63,906 nt of DNA, taken from contig NC_068981.1 of the NCBI RefSeq assembly GCF_001194135.2, positions 159,202,908 to 159,266,813 of the forward strand, given 5' to 3'. The first letter of the stretch is position 1. Every line of letters starts with the position of its first letter. This document shows positions 27,250-36,175 of the stretch, piece by piece. Under the pieces are notes generated by a model. It saw only the letters and a program-made list of their open reading frames with translations, searched no databases and had not been told where the DNA came from. A program made the translations under genes and the position numbers. The DNA is from Octopus bimaculoides (lineage: Eukaryota).

Positions 27250-29112
27250 AATTTTAAAAGAATTCAATATAATTTTTCTAATGTTGAAGTATTGCATAAA
27301 AACACACAATAACTTACAGGAGAGAGGCACCAGCTGCATGTCCCATTGCGTTGTATGCAACTCCCACATGTTTTCTCATGAATGCAATCATTACCAGCAA
27401 CTGAAGACAAAAAAGACATTGCAAAGATCTGGATTGTTTAATTGCCTATTTATATAATCATTTTGTAATATAGAAATCTCACTTTATATGTACTTGATTC
27501 TAATAATTATTTTGTCAACTATGGAGGAATAACATTTAGAGAGATGATCTCACTGGGATTTGAACTCAGTATCTAGAAATACATAGCTACACATTACACT
27601 GTATTAAGTTTGGTGTTCTAACTATCTCAGCATCCTTGGTTACTGTATAATTGGCAGGTGTTGAGCCAATAAGGAAATCTCAACTTTTTAGAAATTGCGG
27701 TAGTCAAATCTCTCTCAAATTACACAATACTGTCTTTAAAAGGAAAGGAAGTGTTGGACAATGTCTTCTTGGATATACAAAAAAGACATGATGATTATTG
27801 CTGAAAAATAATTGATTCTAATTCTAGGTTTGCTTGATCAAAGATTACTTGATATTAAACAACAGCGAGAACTTGGTTTGGTGTAGACTTAATCTGTTAC
27901 ACATTTAACATCACTAATTAGCTGTTGGACTTCTCTTTAGAGGAGTCCTTTCTATTGCAAGCATACAAGCCTAGTCTCCAGTCTGAGAATAGCTTCCTCA
28001 TTCCTCTCAGAAATCTTGGATGCTGCCCTCCCTTTTCTTTGATTAACACAAAAGCAAAGACAAAAAAAAAAAAAAACTTTTTTTTATCTGTAAATTTGTG
28101 AAGCTGAATTTAATGCTTCAATATTTTTGTGTGTGAGAGTGAAATAATTGAGCTTTTGTGGTTTGAGCTATGGCATTCATGCCTTTCTCAAGGAAGTGGA
28201 GTAAGTGAGGAGGTCATAACAACATTGTTATATTTCAGGATAATCATTTTATCTTTTTTTGCCAAATAACCACAGGCACATCAGGAATCTTGCAAAATAA
28301 ATGTATAAAATATCATAACAACAGTCATAACCAAAAGCTGAATCAGGTCATTACTATTTAGACTTACAACTCATCTTTTTAGATTCCATACATTTAACTG
28401 ATTACATCTATTATAGTGTATGACTTGTGCTTGTTTTATCAGTATCAACCTAGAAGGGATGATGTTCAAATTCAACTCCAGCAATCTTGAACGCAGTGTT
28501 GATAGACAAACTAAATAGTATAAAGCATTTAGTTCGGTGTGCTTCTGTTTCTGTCACTCCATCATTTTATATTAGATAAATTATTGATTTCTAACAATAG
28601 CTCATGGACGGAAACCATAAAAGCAGGTGTCACCAATTAGCTTAAATTCAGTATGTTATTGATATTTATTTTATTGACCCCAAAATGGACAAAACACCAT
28701 GCCAATCTTAGTAAGACTTGAACTCGGAATGTAAACAGACATAATTAATCCTTTAGCATTTAAACTGGCCATATCTGGTCTCAGTATACTACTTGCCGTA
28801 TGTTCAAACTGGCCAGATCTGGCTTTTCACACTTACCCTACAATGGCTTTCTAAAAATAAGCAATCACATCATTGAAATCTTGAGGCTACAAGTTAATGG
28901 TATTTAATTCAAAACCATGTGAATAAATTAGCATGACATTTGACAAAGTAATCTGAATGATAAGGAGTTAAATATTACAAAGCATTTTGGTAATTGTTCT
29001 GATAATTTATATCAACCAGCAATCCTCATTAGATTGAATATTAAAGGTAAAACTTACCATTGTATGCAAAAAGACATATCAACAAAAGACAAAAGTTTAT
29101 TTGGCTTGACAT
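1348..29112 (-). CDS. Integrin beta-like gene lacking the betaI domain (14 coding exons in the window, 3' end outside the window)
   Basis: Hand-spliced exons total 1128 nt (376 aa), with no stops and matching phases at all 13 junctions: MSSQINFCLLLICLFAYNVAGNDCIHEKTCGSCIQRNGTCSWCLSPDFHGASRCETRGTLLRGGCSESSIYQSVNEAHLKKNRRATKKRLLKPQRIVLQLVPNTGYVLPVKGFLIQKDAHNRLGGDIKLSVNAPKPLKVVMKSDCNQKYKTQIETSSCYGIHNGQAVTFSFVISTEMCFPKKKMIKVNVKGIRKPQMIIYVKTKCSCDCELKKPTINSDFHCNGNGKMVCGQCECSKQTQGKNCECHKSQNIDEKNCIKPGDQFVCSGQGKCHCGSCECSPDVMKTNRYSGRFCECDKLGCRKYNNSLCGGPTHGKCICGKCACKNQYTGEACEIDVRTKNCLSSSGQLCSDRGKCVKNQCQCETPFSGKVCERRE. The Cys spacing matches integrin beta PSI, hybrid and I-EGF domains. Confidence 0.92.
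2385..2720 (-). mobile_element. Degraded RTE-like LINE ORF C-terminal fragment
   Basis: LLTVERLQLWYYEHVIKR resembles the RTE RxLxWYGHVxR motif. Stops and frameshifts are present. Confidence 0.5.
3398..3507 (-). CDS. Exon 13: I-EGF3 and start of I-EGF4 PTHGKCICGKCACKNQYTGEACEIDVRTKNCLSSSG
   Basis: ttattctttcAG acceptor, GTAAGT donor, phase 1 to 0. Confidence 0.95.
3865..4239 (+). mobile_element. Helentron/HINE (DINE-1/pearl-like) non-autonomous element (a related 3' end lies on the minus strand at ~39500-39720)
   Basis: Starts taacaagag. The subterminal repeat acctccgcc recurs in the 3' stem-loop acctctgcc...ggtggaggt, with an (ACAA)n microsatellite before it. Confidence 0.65.
4745..4852. 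repeat. Degenerate (CATCATA)n-like short tandem repeat
   Basis: Seen directly. Confidence 0.85.
5250..5580 (-). mobile_element. Penelope-like element, GIY-YIG C-terminal remnant
   Basis: Frameshifted translation resembles the end of a PLE ORF (LAKLL.../...KQSSTLSTSH). Confidence 0.4.
5600..6510 (+). mobile_element. Penelope-like element fragment: Ser/Asn-rich stretch, GIY-YIG endonuclease and 3' terminal repeat
   Basis: WRYIGCSGNSFKQHLSNHRSSFRVPERRYVTLLVSHVWQLMNDGIPYLIL*KIL, then frameshifted RCKLCIAEHVRIL...LNSRTKISQTCLHFRRFLL. The 3' part is related to 46830-47350. Confidence 0.75.
6711..7200 (+). mobile_element. Second, left-truncated copy of the same mariner-derived element
   Basis: Same internal sequence and the same gaaaactttgcataggcctctg junction as the 9393 copy. 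Confidence 0.85.
7403..7484 (-). CDS. Exon 12: I-EGF2/3 MKTNRYSGRFCECDKLGCRKYNNSLCG(G)
   Basis: tttgtgttgtAG acceptor, GTGAGT donor, phase 0 to 1, YxGxFCECD motif. Not in the supplied ORF track. Confidence 0.94.
9123..9192 (-). CDS. Exon 11: I-EGF2 GDQFVCSGQGKCHCGSCECSPDV
   Basis: ttttttttccAG acceptor, GTAAAT donor, phase 2 to 0. Confidence 0.93.
9393..10236 (+). mobile_element. Mariner-derived non-autonomous element with ~240 bp inverted arms
   Basis: TA-flanked caaggtctgatc...gatcagaccatg. Internal remnant ITEDLGMRHVSAKFVPKLLSADQK (mariner WVPREL-type linker). The right arm encodes, antisense, the transposase start MTEKVEQRICIKF. Confidence 0.88.
11020..11260. repeat. (GAT/GAC/AAT)n compound trinucleotide microsatellite
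   Basis: Seen directly. It produces the poly-D, poly-M and poly-S ORF artefacts. Confidence 0.95.
11334..11467 (-). CDS. Exon 10: I-EGF1 and start of I-EGF2 INSDFHCNGNGKMVCGQCECSKQTQGKNCECHKSQNIDEKNCIK(P)
   Basis: cacattttcAG acceptor, GTAAGT donor, phase 0 to 2. Confidence 0.95.
12730..12908. repeat. (TG)n-rich microsatellite. One of many (CA)n, (TA)n, (AG)n and (GATA)n tracts (e.g. 4365, 10540, 19060, 27150, 40595, 41055-41480, 43150, 47950, 61680-62043)
   Basis: Seen directly. Most large N gaps are bordered by such tracts. Confidence 0.95.
13141..13503 (-). mobile_element. tRNA-headed non-autonomous retroelement with a Penelope-type hammerhead motif and an inverted terminal segment
   Basis: On the minus strand: A box TGGTGTAGTGA (~13422-13412), B box GAGTTCGATTCC (13379-13368), (TAA)n, then GACAC-CTGATGA-A-GGCCG-gagggtatat-CAGCT-GAAA-CATT-GTGTT. 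The segments ~13163-13225 and ~13442-13503 are inverted repeats. Confidence 0.7.
13220..13265 (-). ncRNA. Type I hammerhead ribozyme-like motif (minimal, Penelope-type, partly decayed)
   Basis: Stem I GACAC/GUGUU, core CUGAUGA and GAAA, stem II GGCCG/CAGCU with one mismatch, and a tiny stem III ACAU that is one transition away from the palindrome ACGU. Confidence 0.65.
13560..13790 (-). mobile_element. Older, diverged RTE-like 3' UTR copy (similar remnants near 23280-23510, 30400-30640 and 7890-7930)
   Basis: Shares ggatgcccttcctaa and ccatgctggcatg motifs plus an ATC/GAT tail with the young copies. Confidence 0.6.
14523..15096 (-). mobile_element. tRNA-derived SINE, family A, with internal (CA)n/(TA)n, interrupted by a 162-bp insert (other copies 16250-16897 -, 19160-19690 +, 34055-34342 -, 37655-38040 -, 42068-42232 +, 54735-55150 +)
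   Basis: The head gtggctgtgtggtaag...gggttcagtccca has A/B-box-like motifs, followed by a ccttgggcaagtg CORE-like segment. Many similar copies occur in the window. Confidence 0.85.
16068..16161 (-). CDS. Exon 9: hybrid end and CxCxC IKVNVKGIRKPQMIIYVKTKCSCDCELKKPT
   Basis: ttactctttctAG acceptor, GTTAAG donor, phase 2 to 0, CSCDC hallmark. Confidence 0.92.
17492..17544 (-). CDS. Exon 8: hybrid domain VTFSFVISTEMCFPKKK(M)
   Basis: tttctatcatttcAG acceptor, GTAAGT donor, phase 0 to 2, VxFxxxIxxxxC motif. Confidence 0.88.
17865..18340 (-). mobile_element. Degraded non-LTR retrotransposon fragment (R4/NeSL-like CCHC region)
   Basis: EYAFAIKKQEISTKYLMHKRDK...DNQCRLCGVHTEDITHIISSCPK, a CxxC...HxxxxC zinc knuckle downstream of RT. 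Confidence 0.65.
18636..18690 (-). CDS. Exon 7: hybrid domain YKTQIETSSCYGIHNGQA
   Basis: tttctctttttccAG acceptor, GTAAGT donor, phase 2 to 0, CxxIxxG motif. Confidence 0.88.
20544..20611 (-). CDS. Exon 6: hybrid domain DIKLSVNAPKPLKVVMKSDCNQ(K)
   Basis: ttcttttacaaAG acceptor, GTAAGT donor, phase 0 to 2. Resembles the post-betaI hybrid strands ending in SxC. Confidence 0.85.
22585..23114 (+). mobile_element. Young RTE-clade LINE 3' end (5'-truncated) with (GAT)n tail
   Basis: Translates QERRLRWYGHVVRMEEDSCVKKCHTLTVEGTRGRGRPRKTWAEVVRQDL (RTE ORF C-terminus), followed by a 3' UTR and a GAT tail. CpGs are retained. Confidence 0.85.
23783..23850 (-). CDS. Exon 5: TGYVLPVKGFLIQKDAHNRLGG (spans the position where betaI is normally inserted)
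   Basis: atattttccAG acceptor, GTAAGT donor, phase 1 to 0, open frame. DAHNRLGG resembles the DAYNSLSS/DAYGKIRS end of the betaI alpha7 helix. Confidence 0.82.
24043..24106 (-). CDS. Exon 4: start of hybrid domain NRRATKKRLLKPQRIVLQLVP(N)
   Basis: tttactctgcAG acceptor, GTAAGT donor, phase 0 to 1. Resembles the conserved QxxPQxxxLxLRxG strand. Confidence 0.88.
24885..25086 (-). mobile_element. Second copy of the same RTE 3' end, inverted, running into the gap
   Basis: The reverse complement matches 22919-23100 with one visible mismatch (aaatcag versus aaattag). Confidence 0.9.
26681..26785 (-). CDS. Exon 3: PSI C-half DFHGASRCETRGTLLRGGCSESSIYQSVNEAHLKK
   Basis: AG acceptor, GTAATA donor, 105 nt, phase 0 to 0. 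The RC...L...GC...I pattern is typical of integrin beta PSI. Confidence 0.9.
27318..27400 (-). CDS. Exon 2: PSI domain N-half (V)AGNDCIHEKTCGSCIQRNGTCSWCLSP
   Basis: tttgtcttcAG acceptor, GTAAGT donor, phase 1 to 0, CxxC...CxWC PSI pattern. Confidence 0.93.
29058..29112 (-). CDS. Integrin beta-like coding exon 1: start codon and signal peptide MSSQINFCLLLICLFAYN
   Basis: ATG at 29112-29110, hydrophobic stretch, GTAAGT donor, phase 1. Possible acceptors lie upstream at 29141 and 29388, so 5' UTR exon(s) probably exist. Confidence 0.8.
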
Positions 29113-29484
29113 GATTACTTAAATTCCAGAAACAACAAACTCTTATGAAATACAAAGTGAAAGAAATTACTCTGTGCTAGAAGTCAAATCCATCCACAAG
29201 CATACAAATATAGAGTGGGGATTCTATAGAATTTCATAAAGTTTGTTTACTGGAATATGTCTTGAATATAAATGAATGAAACTAAAGTGAAAATTCAGTG
29301 CTATGAAGTTTTTTGTTTTTCTTTCAATCTGGTGTTTTAAATCATCTGGTTAATCCGTTAATCCTTTTGACTTTAGACTAACTTGAATCTGCAAAAGAGA
29401 AACAAAAAATAAAGAAATGTTAATATTTTTCTGGAATTAGATGAATTCTTAGAATTGCTATTCAACTTAAGTTTAGGTTTTGCA

Positions 29485-29713
29485 TTAACCCTTTAAATAC
29501 CAACTACACTGAGACCATCTTTGATTCCATGAATAAAACTTCTTCCGTTAAAGTGATCTAAATTAAGATCTTCCATCAAAATTCCTTTCTAATTTTATGT
29601 TCCAAATCCCAGCCTAAAATTGACAAAGTTATTTTACAAAATACTTCATCATTTTTCAAAAATTTAATTGAAGGCAGTGTACTTCAACAGAAGTATGGTA
29701 ACTAAAGGGTTAA
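29485..29713. mobile_element. piggyBac-like MITE with TTAA target sites (related copies 28745-28971, partial 20877-21090 and ~35847)
   Basis: TTAA-CCCTTT ... AAAGGG-TTAA termini. Confidence 0.75.
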
Positions 29714-30105
29714 ACAGATGACAGACATTTCTTCCTCTTGATAAGATGTCTATCACCAGTAATTTTCCCAATATCTTTATTCTTCACAGCTACGTCAACA
29801 GAATTGTTCTGCACAGAGACATAATGGACATTGAATTTAAATCTATCACAATTGAGCAAGCAGCTCACTTCATTCAGCTACACAAACATTCAATATGTAT
29901 AAAAATTTGTGTAGAGATTTTATCATATATCTCTTGTGTGACAACATTACAACAGATGTGCCTGGGTTGATGTGACTAACATATGAGTGCAGATATGGTG
30001 AAGTGATTAAGGATGGAGTTGAAGCTTGATACTCATCCATGGAGATTTTTTTTAAATTACAGAAAATTCTTGTAATAGTATCAGGAATATAAACAAACAA
30101 ACAAA

Positions 30106-30148
<43 letters not shown>

Positions 30149-33100
30149 AGCTTTGGCTGACTTTGTTTATCCATTCATTCATTCATTTGAGTCAACTCAA
30201 AATTCATGTTGAAATTAATATCATCATAATAAGAAAAAAATTTAATTCTGTAGCAAAAAATGTGACGAATGAATGGAGATTGAGGGCTGCTCCAATTTAC
30301 ATTACAGGCAACCCATCTAGAAGAGCAGTAACTCTGAAATAAAATTGAGGCAGGCTAGAGGAGACAGTTTGGTCTTGCCACAGAAAACCTCTCTGATGCT
30401 TGTGGCATGATAAAAAGTATTCAGTCTACACTGTAAAGTGGTTGGCAATAAGAAAGATATTCAACTGTAAAAATGTTAGCAAAAGAAAACAAATCATGAC
30501 ATACACAGCAACAAAGTTTAGTAGATTTCTATGTTATTGTGTGTGTAACAGTTGATGAATGACCACAGCAAGTGTCATGAGGCCCACCCATCCAGTCCAT
30601 ACCAACATGGAATAATGGATGTAGAATAATGATGATGATGATGATGATGATGAGGTGGAGGAGGAGGAGGATTATGATGATGATGATTTTATATTTTTTG
30701 AAGGCATTAGTAGAACTGAGAAATTTAGTTTGCTTAATACAGATTCCTATGAAAGTTTCATAATTTAATAAATTTGGTCTTGTTTGTTTCTGGTATTTTC
30801 TTTTTATTGCCAAAGCTACATTTTTTGCTTTAAGCTCTTTTGTAATTTTAAATAAATAATTATACAGAAATCTGACGAAAATAATTATGAAAAAAAAAAA
30901 AAAAGTAAGAAAGAAAAAGAATAAAGAAAATTTTTTTAAAAAAGATAAAAAATACTAATTTCATATATCCCAAGATGCCTGAAGAGAGTTGTGCCATTTC
31001 AAAATCAACTTTTTTTTTTTTTTTGTGTGTCACAGAAAATGTGTAAGAACTATATCTGAAATTAAATTATGAGTGTTGTTCCGTACAAAGGCTAGCTTCA
31101 ATAGTTGCTGTCTGTTATAGTCATAAAAAACCCATCTCTATGTCTGTCTGTCAATGTCATTTTTTTTTTGTTGTAAAATACACTTTGTCCCCATGGTAAT
31201 TAAAACACAGTGTATTATGTTTCTAAACATGGAAAAACCATTGCACTATAAGAACTTTACACAAAATAGTTTTTAATTCATCTTATTCAATGCATTGTAA
31301 TTACTGAATGTATCATTTCACTTTATTTTGCTAAACTTTAACACATGTGTAAACATCTTGGGTCATTTCATTTATGTTTTCTTTTATGAAACTTTTTTTT
31401 TTTTTCCTTTTTGCAACTTATACATGTTTAAATATCGTCAGATATAGTGCGTGTTTCAATATGTGTATAAAACAAATATTTATCTATCCTTCCATTCCAC
31501 TTTTCAATTATCATAGTGTGACAAAATATACAAGACAACATAGAAACAAGGGGAGTGAGTGAGAAATGTGAATTGGAGTGCTGTTATATAATGTTAAGAA
31601 ATCTGATAAGAATGAGAGAAATTATGTACTGAATTGATTTCTTAGTTTATTATTATGAGACAGAGTAAGACAGTGAGCTGGCAGAATTGTTAGCAGGCTG
31701 GGAAACATGCTTGGTAGTATTTTGTCTATCTTTATCTTCTGAGTTCAAATTCTACCACGGTTGACTTTGCATTTCATCCTTTCAAGGTCAATAAAATAAG
31801 TATCAATTGAGCACTGGGGTCAATGTAATTGACTTACTCCTTCCCTGAAATAGCTGGCCTGGTACCAAAATTTGAAACCGTTATTACAAGACAAAGTGAG
31901 TTAAACCATACGATGGCTCCATAAATGTTTATATTACTGTAATACTTTGTAAATAAAATATTTTGTTTTCATAAATCAAGATGAGTGAGGCCAAACTAAA
32001 TTGTTTATTGATGATTACAAATATTGATTATTTTTTTTACTTTGGCACAAAGCCACACATATATTGGAGATGATTCTTACTTTGGTAAAAAGCCACAAAT
32101 TTATAAGAAAGGAAGTTAGTTGATTGAATTCCTATGAGTGCATGACTAATGTTTATTTCTCATGATGCTAGAAGGATGAAAGGCAAACATGAACGTTTGC
32201 AGGATTTGAAATCAGAATGTAAGAGAGATAAAGTTAATTACTATTAGAAATGTAAATCAGCATCCCACTATTTCAGTTAAATTTAACCATATTAATTTAT
32301 TATATAATGATGCTAGCCAATTTTTATGTGGCCATTCAACCTGCTAGATGTAATAGTTAAATTTCCTTCAAATTAGAGTATAATATGTTAAAAAGAATAG
32401 ATTGGATAATGTGATTCTGAGTTTCCTATGCTTTGGGAAAAGATAGGATGGTCATGAATGGAATGCCTTTCTCCATAGAGCTGCTTGATCAAAGCAGACT
32501 TATGATGAAACAACAACATTACATAGGTACAGTGTCTCTGGTTTGCAAAGAAGTTAATATTAATTGAGATGTACACCATCTTTTCTTATTGGCATTTGTA
32601 GTTTTATAATTTGTTACAGAAGCATTTAATTTTAAAATTTATCAAATTAGAAGAATAGGACGTTGTGAGGTTCAAATTAGATCTTCCTTGATTTCTTTAC
32701 TGTTTCTTATGAAATGTTCAGCACTTTTGTAAATATCGTTAGTTTAAATAAGGCGTAAAGAAACTTTTTGTATCAGGGGTAAATTACAAATGCATAGCAA
32801 CATGCAGAATTTAATCTGTACTGAGAAAAATAATGAAATTTTAATTTTACAATTCCATAAGCCTGCAACATTATATCAAATTACTGAAGGCTTAAACAAT
32901 TTCTTTTTCTTTTTTCTTTCTTTTTTTTTTAACTAACATTAAATTACTAGAGGCTTAAATCCTTTTTTAAAATTTTAATTGAATTACCAAAGACTTAAAC
33001 TGGATTTTTTTCTGCATAGATTTTTAGAGATTTCATCAGCAGATGGTTTCAATTTTGAATGAGGGCAGAGTTATGCTCAAGGGTAAGGGGTGCTCCACCC

Positions 33101-34172
33101 TAGTTAAGGTAGTTAATACTCTAACTTGAACTAACTTCTTAATAGTCTGGCAAAAAAAAAAAGTCCCCTGCCTCGAGCGTTATTTATCCTCAGAAGCATA
33201 AATGCAGTTAAATGAAAACTATAAAGAAACGAATTATGCTTTTATCATGTGAAACAAATATTCTGTCTTTGGTGAAGTTACAATTCTAATATCGATAGTG
33301 TTTTCTATTATAGACGCAAAGCCTGAAATTTGAGGGGAAAGTCAAACTCAGCAGTATTTGAACTCAGAACATGAAAACAGATAAAATGCTACTAAGCATT
33401 TTGTCCAGCATACTAATGATTCTGCCAGCTTACTGCCTTACATTCTAATGTAGATAATAATGATATAATTCTGGTATAAATAATAATTATTCTATTTTTG
33501 ATATAAAACCATAAATTCATAAATTTTACACCCCACACTAACTTTTCTCCATAATGTGGTAGTTGTGTACACCAAGAATCTATTCTCTCTGCTCACTCCT
33601 TTCTATGAAGTTTTGATAACAATGACTTCTAATACCACTCCCCAAACTCTTCCAATAACCATCACCTATTTGGCAATCTCTTTTACTTGTATCAAAGACG
33701 TCTATCTCACCTCATCATTTTTTTCTTGTCATTATTCTAACTGATTTCCATGTAAACAAATTCTCTTGGTTCACATACTAATGTTGGTTTTGGAAATAAA
33801 ATGTAAAACAGAAATAAATTTTGAAAGTTCAGTCAGGTACTCTACTATTTCTGACATTCAAAGATGATCTTTATGAATATGACTTAATTCTCTGATAGTT
33901 CATCTACTGACAAAACAATGAAACCAGCAAGTCAACAAGGAATGAAACATAGAGATAAACAAGTCAAAGACGTAACAGCCTAATCTCTGTCAAATAATAT
34001 TCCACTTGATAGGATTTTTTTTTTTTTATTATGAATAAGTCAGTAGAAGAAAACCAAAGAACTGATCAACCTCTTGCTGAACTGCTAAGTTAAGAGGACA
34101 TAAACACACTGACACTGGTTGCCAAGTGGTGATGGGGGGACAAACACAGGCACAAAGATGCGTGCACATATA

Positions 34173-34208
<36 letters not shown>

Positions 34209-35944
34209 CATACAATGGGCTTCTTTCAGTTTCTATCTGCTAAATCTACTTACAAGGCTTTGATCAGTTCAAGGTGCCACACAGTGGGACTGAACCCAGA
34301 ACCTGTGGTTGGGAAGCAAGCTTCTTACCACACAGCCACACCTATAAAGTATATATATGTAGAAAGGTACATATTGTAATGTAGTAAGTCTAGTGCTTTG
34401 AATATCTTAAAACCTTTCAGCACTGTATAACTAATAAGAGTTTATCTAGCAGGAAACCTATTTGTGGTCACTCAGCCTGCTAGAAATAACAGCAGCCACA
34501 TGTCTATACCATCTATAGTCTTTTAAGAAAAGATAAACATATTGAACATTGTAGTCTCAAACATTCAAAAATATATGATGCTCGGTGTTGAGACATATTG
34601 ATAATGCTTGATCAACACTGACTTATGTCTAAATAATGGGTTTTTATTAAGGCACAAGGCCAACAGTTTTGAGAGATTGGGGTTAGTTGATACCATTGAT
34701 CCTAATACTTGATTGATGCTTTATGTTATTAATTCCAAGAGGATGAAATGCAAAATCAAATTTGGCAGAATTTGAACTCAGAATGCAAAAAGCCAGAAGA
34801 AATGTTGCAAGCCATTTTTTCTAAAGTTTGAGTGATTCTGCCAGCTCATTGCCTTCTTGTAGCTAAATAGTTACTTATTAAATATTTTATGTAAAACCAC
34901 AAAATTTCTAATAAATGTACTTAATGTAAAAATATATATTATCTTAAAATTATTGTTGTAATAAGTATACTTCATGTAAAAAAAAATTACTTATGTAAAA
35001 ATACATTTTATGTATTTAGTATCTTATATATGCAGTATATTTTACATAGAATTTATTGTTGTAAATAATATTTGTTATATATGTAAAATATTTTATATAA
35101 AAAATATTATTTTATGTAATATTTATAATTTATACAGAACTACAAATTAGAAAGATTAGATATGAGCTAAGAGCAATGCTAGTTGTAATGGGTCTGTTTC
35201 AATGTTAAACATGTGTACATAGTCTTATCTATTTGTCATCTAATTTTGTTTTTGTAGTGACTTTCCTCCCACATAATTAGCTTGGGAGACAGAAGTAACG
35301 TGAAATCAATTAGAAGTGTTGGCTGCTGTCAGTATAGGTTGTCATTAATGTGTGGGTAACCTTACCACAAGGTGAATAACTGATGTCATACAATGCCCTT
35401 CAAATGTTTTTCTATATAATGAACAACTGGTGTCATACAATGCACTTAATATTGTTTCAAGTTATGAGGTGGCAAGCTAACAGAAATGTTAGCACACCAG
35501 GCAAAAAGCTTAGCAGCATTTAGTCTGTCTGCATGTTCTGAGTTTAGATTCTGCCAAGGTCAATTTTGCCTTTCATCCTTTTGAGGTTGATAAAATAAGT
35601 ACCAGTTGAGCACTGGCGTTGATGTAACTTATTTAGCCCCTTCCTTGAGAATGCCAGCCTTGTGCAAAAATTTGAAACCAATAATTTTTCAGATAATGAG
35701 GAAGTAGAAAATTAAGAATACTAGAATATTATGACGGAAAATTCTGAGGTCTTTACTTACATATTCTTCATTATCTATTACTAAGAAAATTTATAATTTT
35801 TGACATTTTTTTTCTTTATATAAGGACAATCTGGCATAACTTTATTAACCCTTTTGTTACCATATTTCTGTTGAGATACTCTGTGCTTCTTTCAATTAAT
35901 TTTAAATATAACAAAGAATTTAATAAAATAACTTAGTTATCTTT

Positions 35945-36175
35945 TCCTCAGTAGGCCCTGCCCTGTTTAACATTATCCTGAAACAGATAAAAGAGGAAAC
36001 AGATCCTATCAGCTTTAAACGGAGTCTAGACAGCTTTCTTCAAAGAATACCAGACAAGCCACCCATACCTGGATACNNNNNNNNNNGCTTTCTTCAAAGA
36101 ATACCAGACAAGCCACCCATACCTGGATACAACTCACTCAATAAGAACTCACTACTTGAATGGACCACAGACAAA
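35945..36175 (+). mobile_element. CR1-clade LINE 3' fragment
   Basis: GPALFNIILKQIKEETDPISFKRSLDSFLQRIPDKPPIPGY, homologous to the 38399 copy. Confidence 0.75.

Noticed and set aside
36035-36135. Apparent tandem duplication around a 10-N gap (also 38650-38760)
   Set aside because: Identical sequence on both sides of the Ns indicates an unmerged contig overlap, an assembly artefact.
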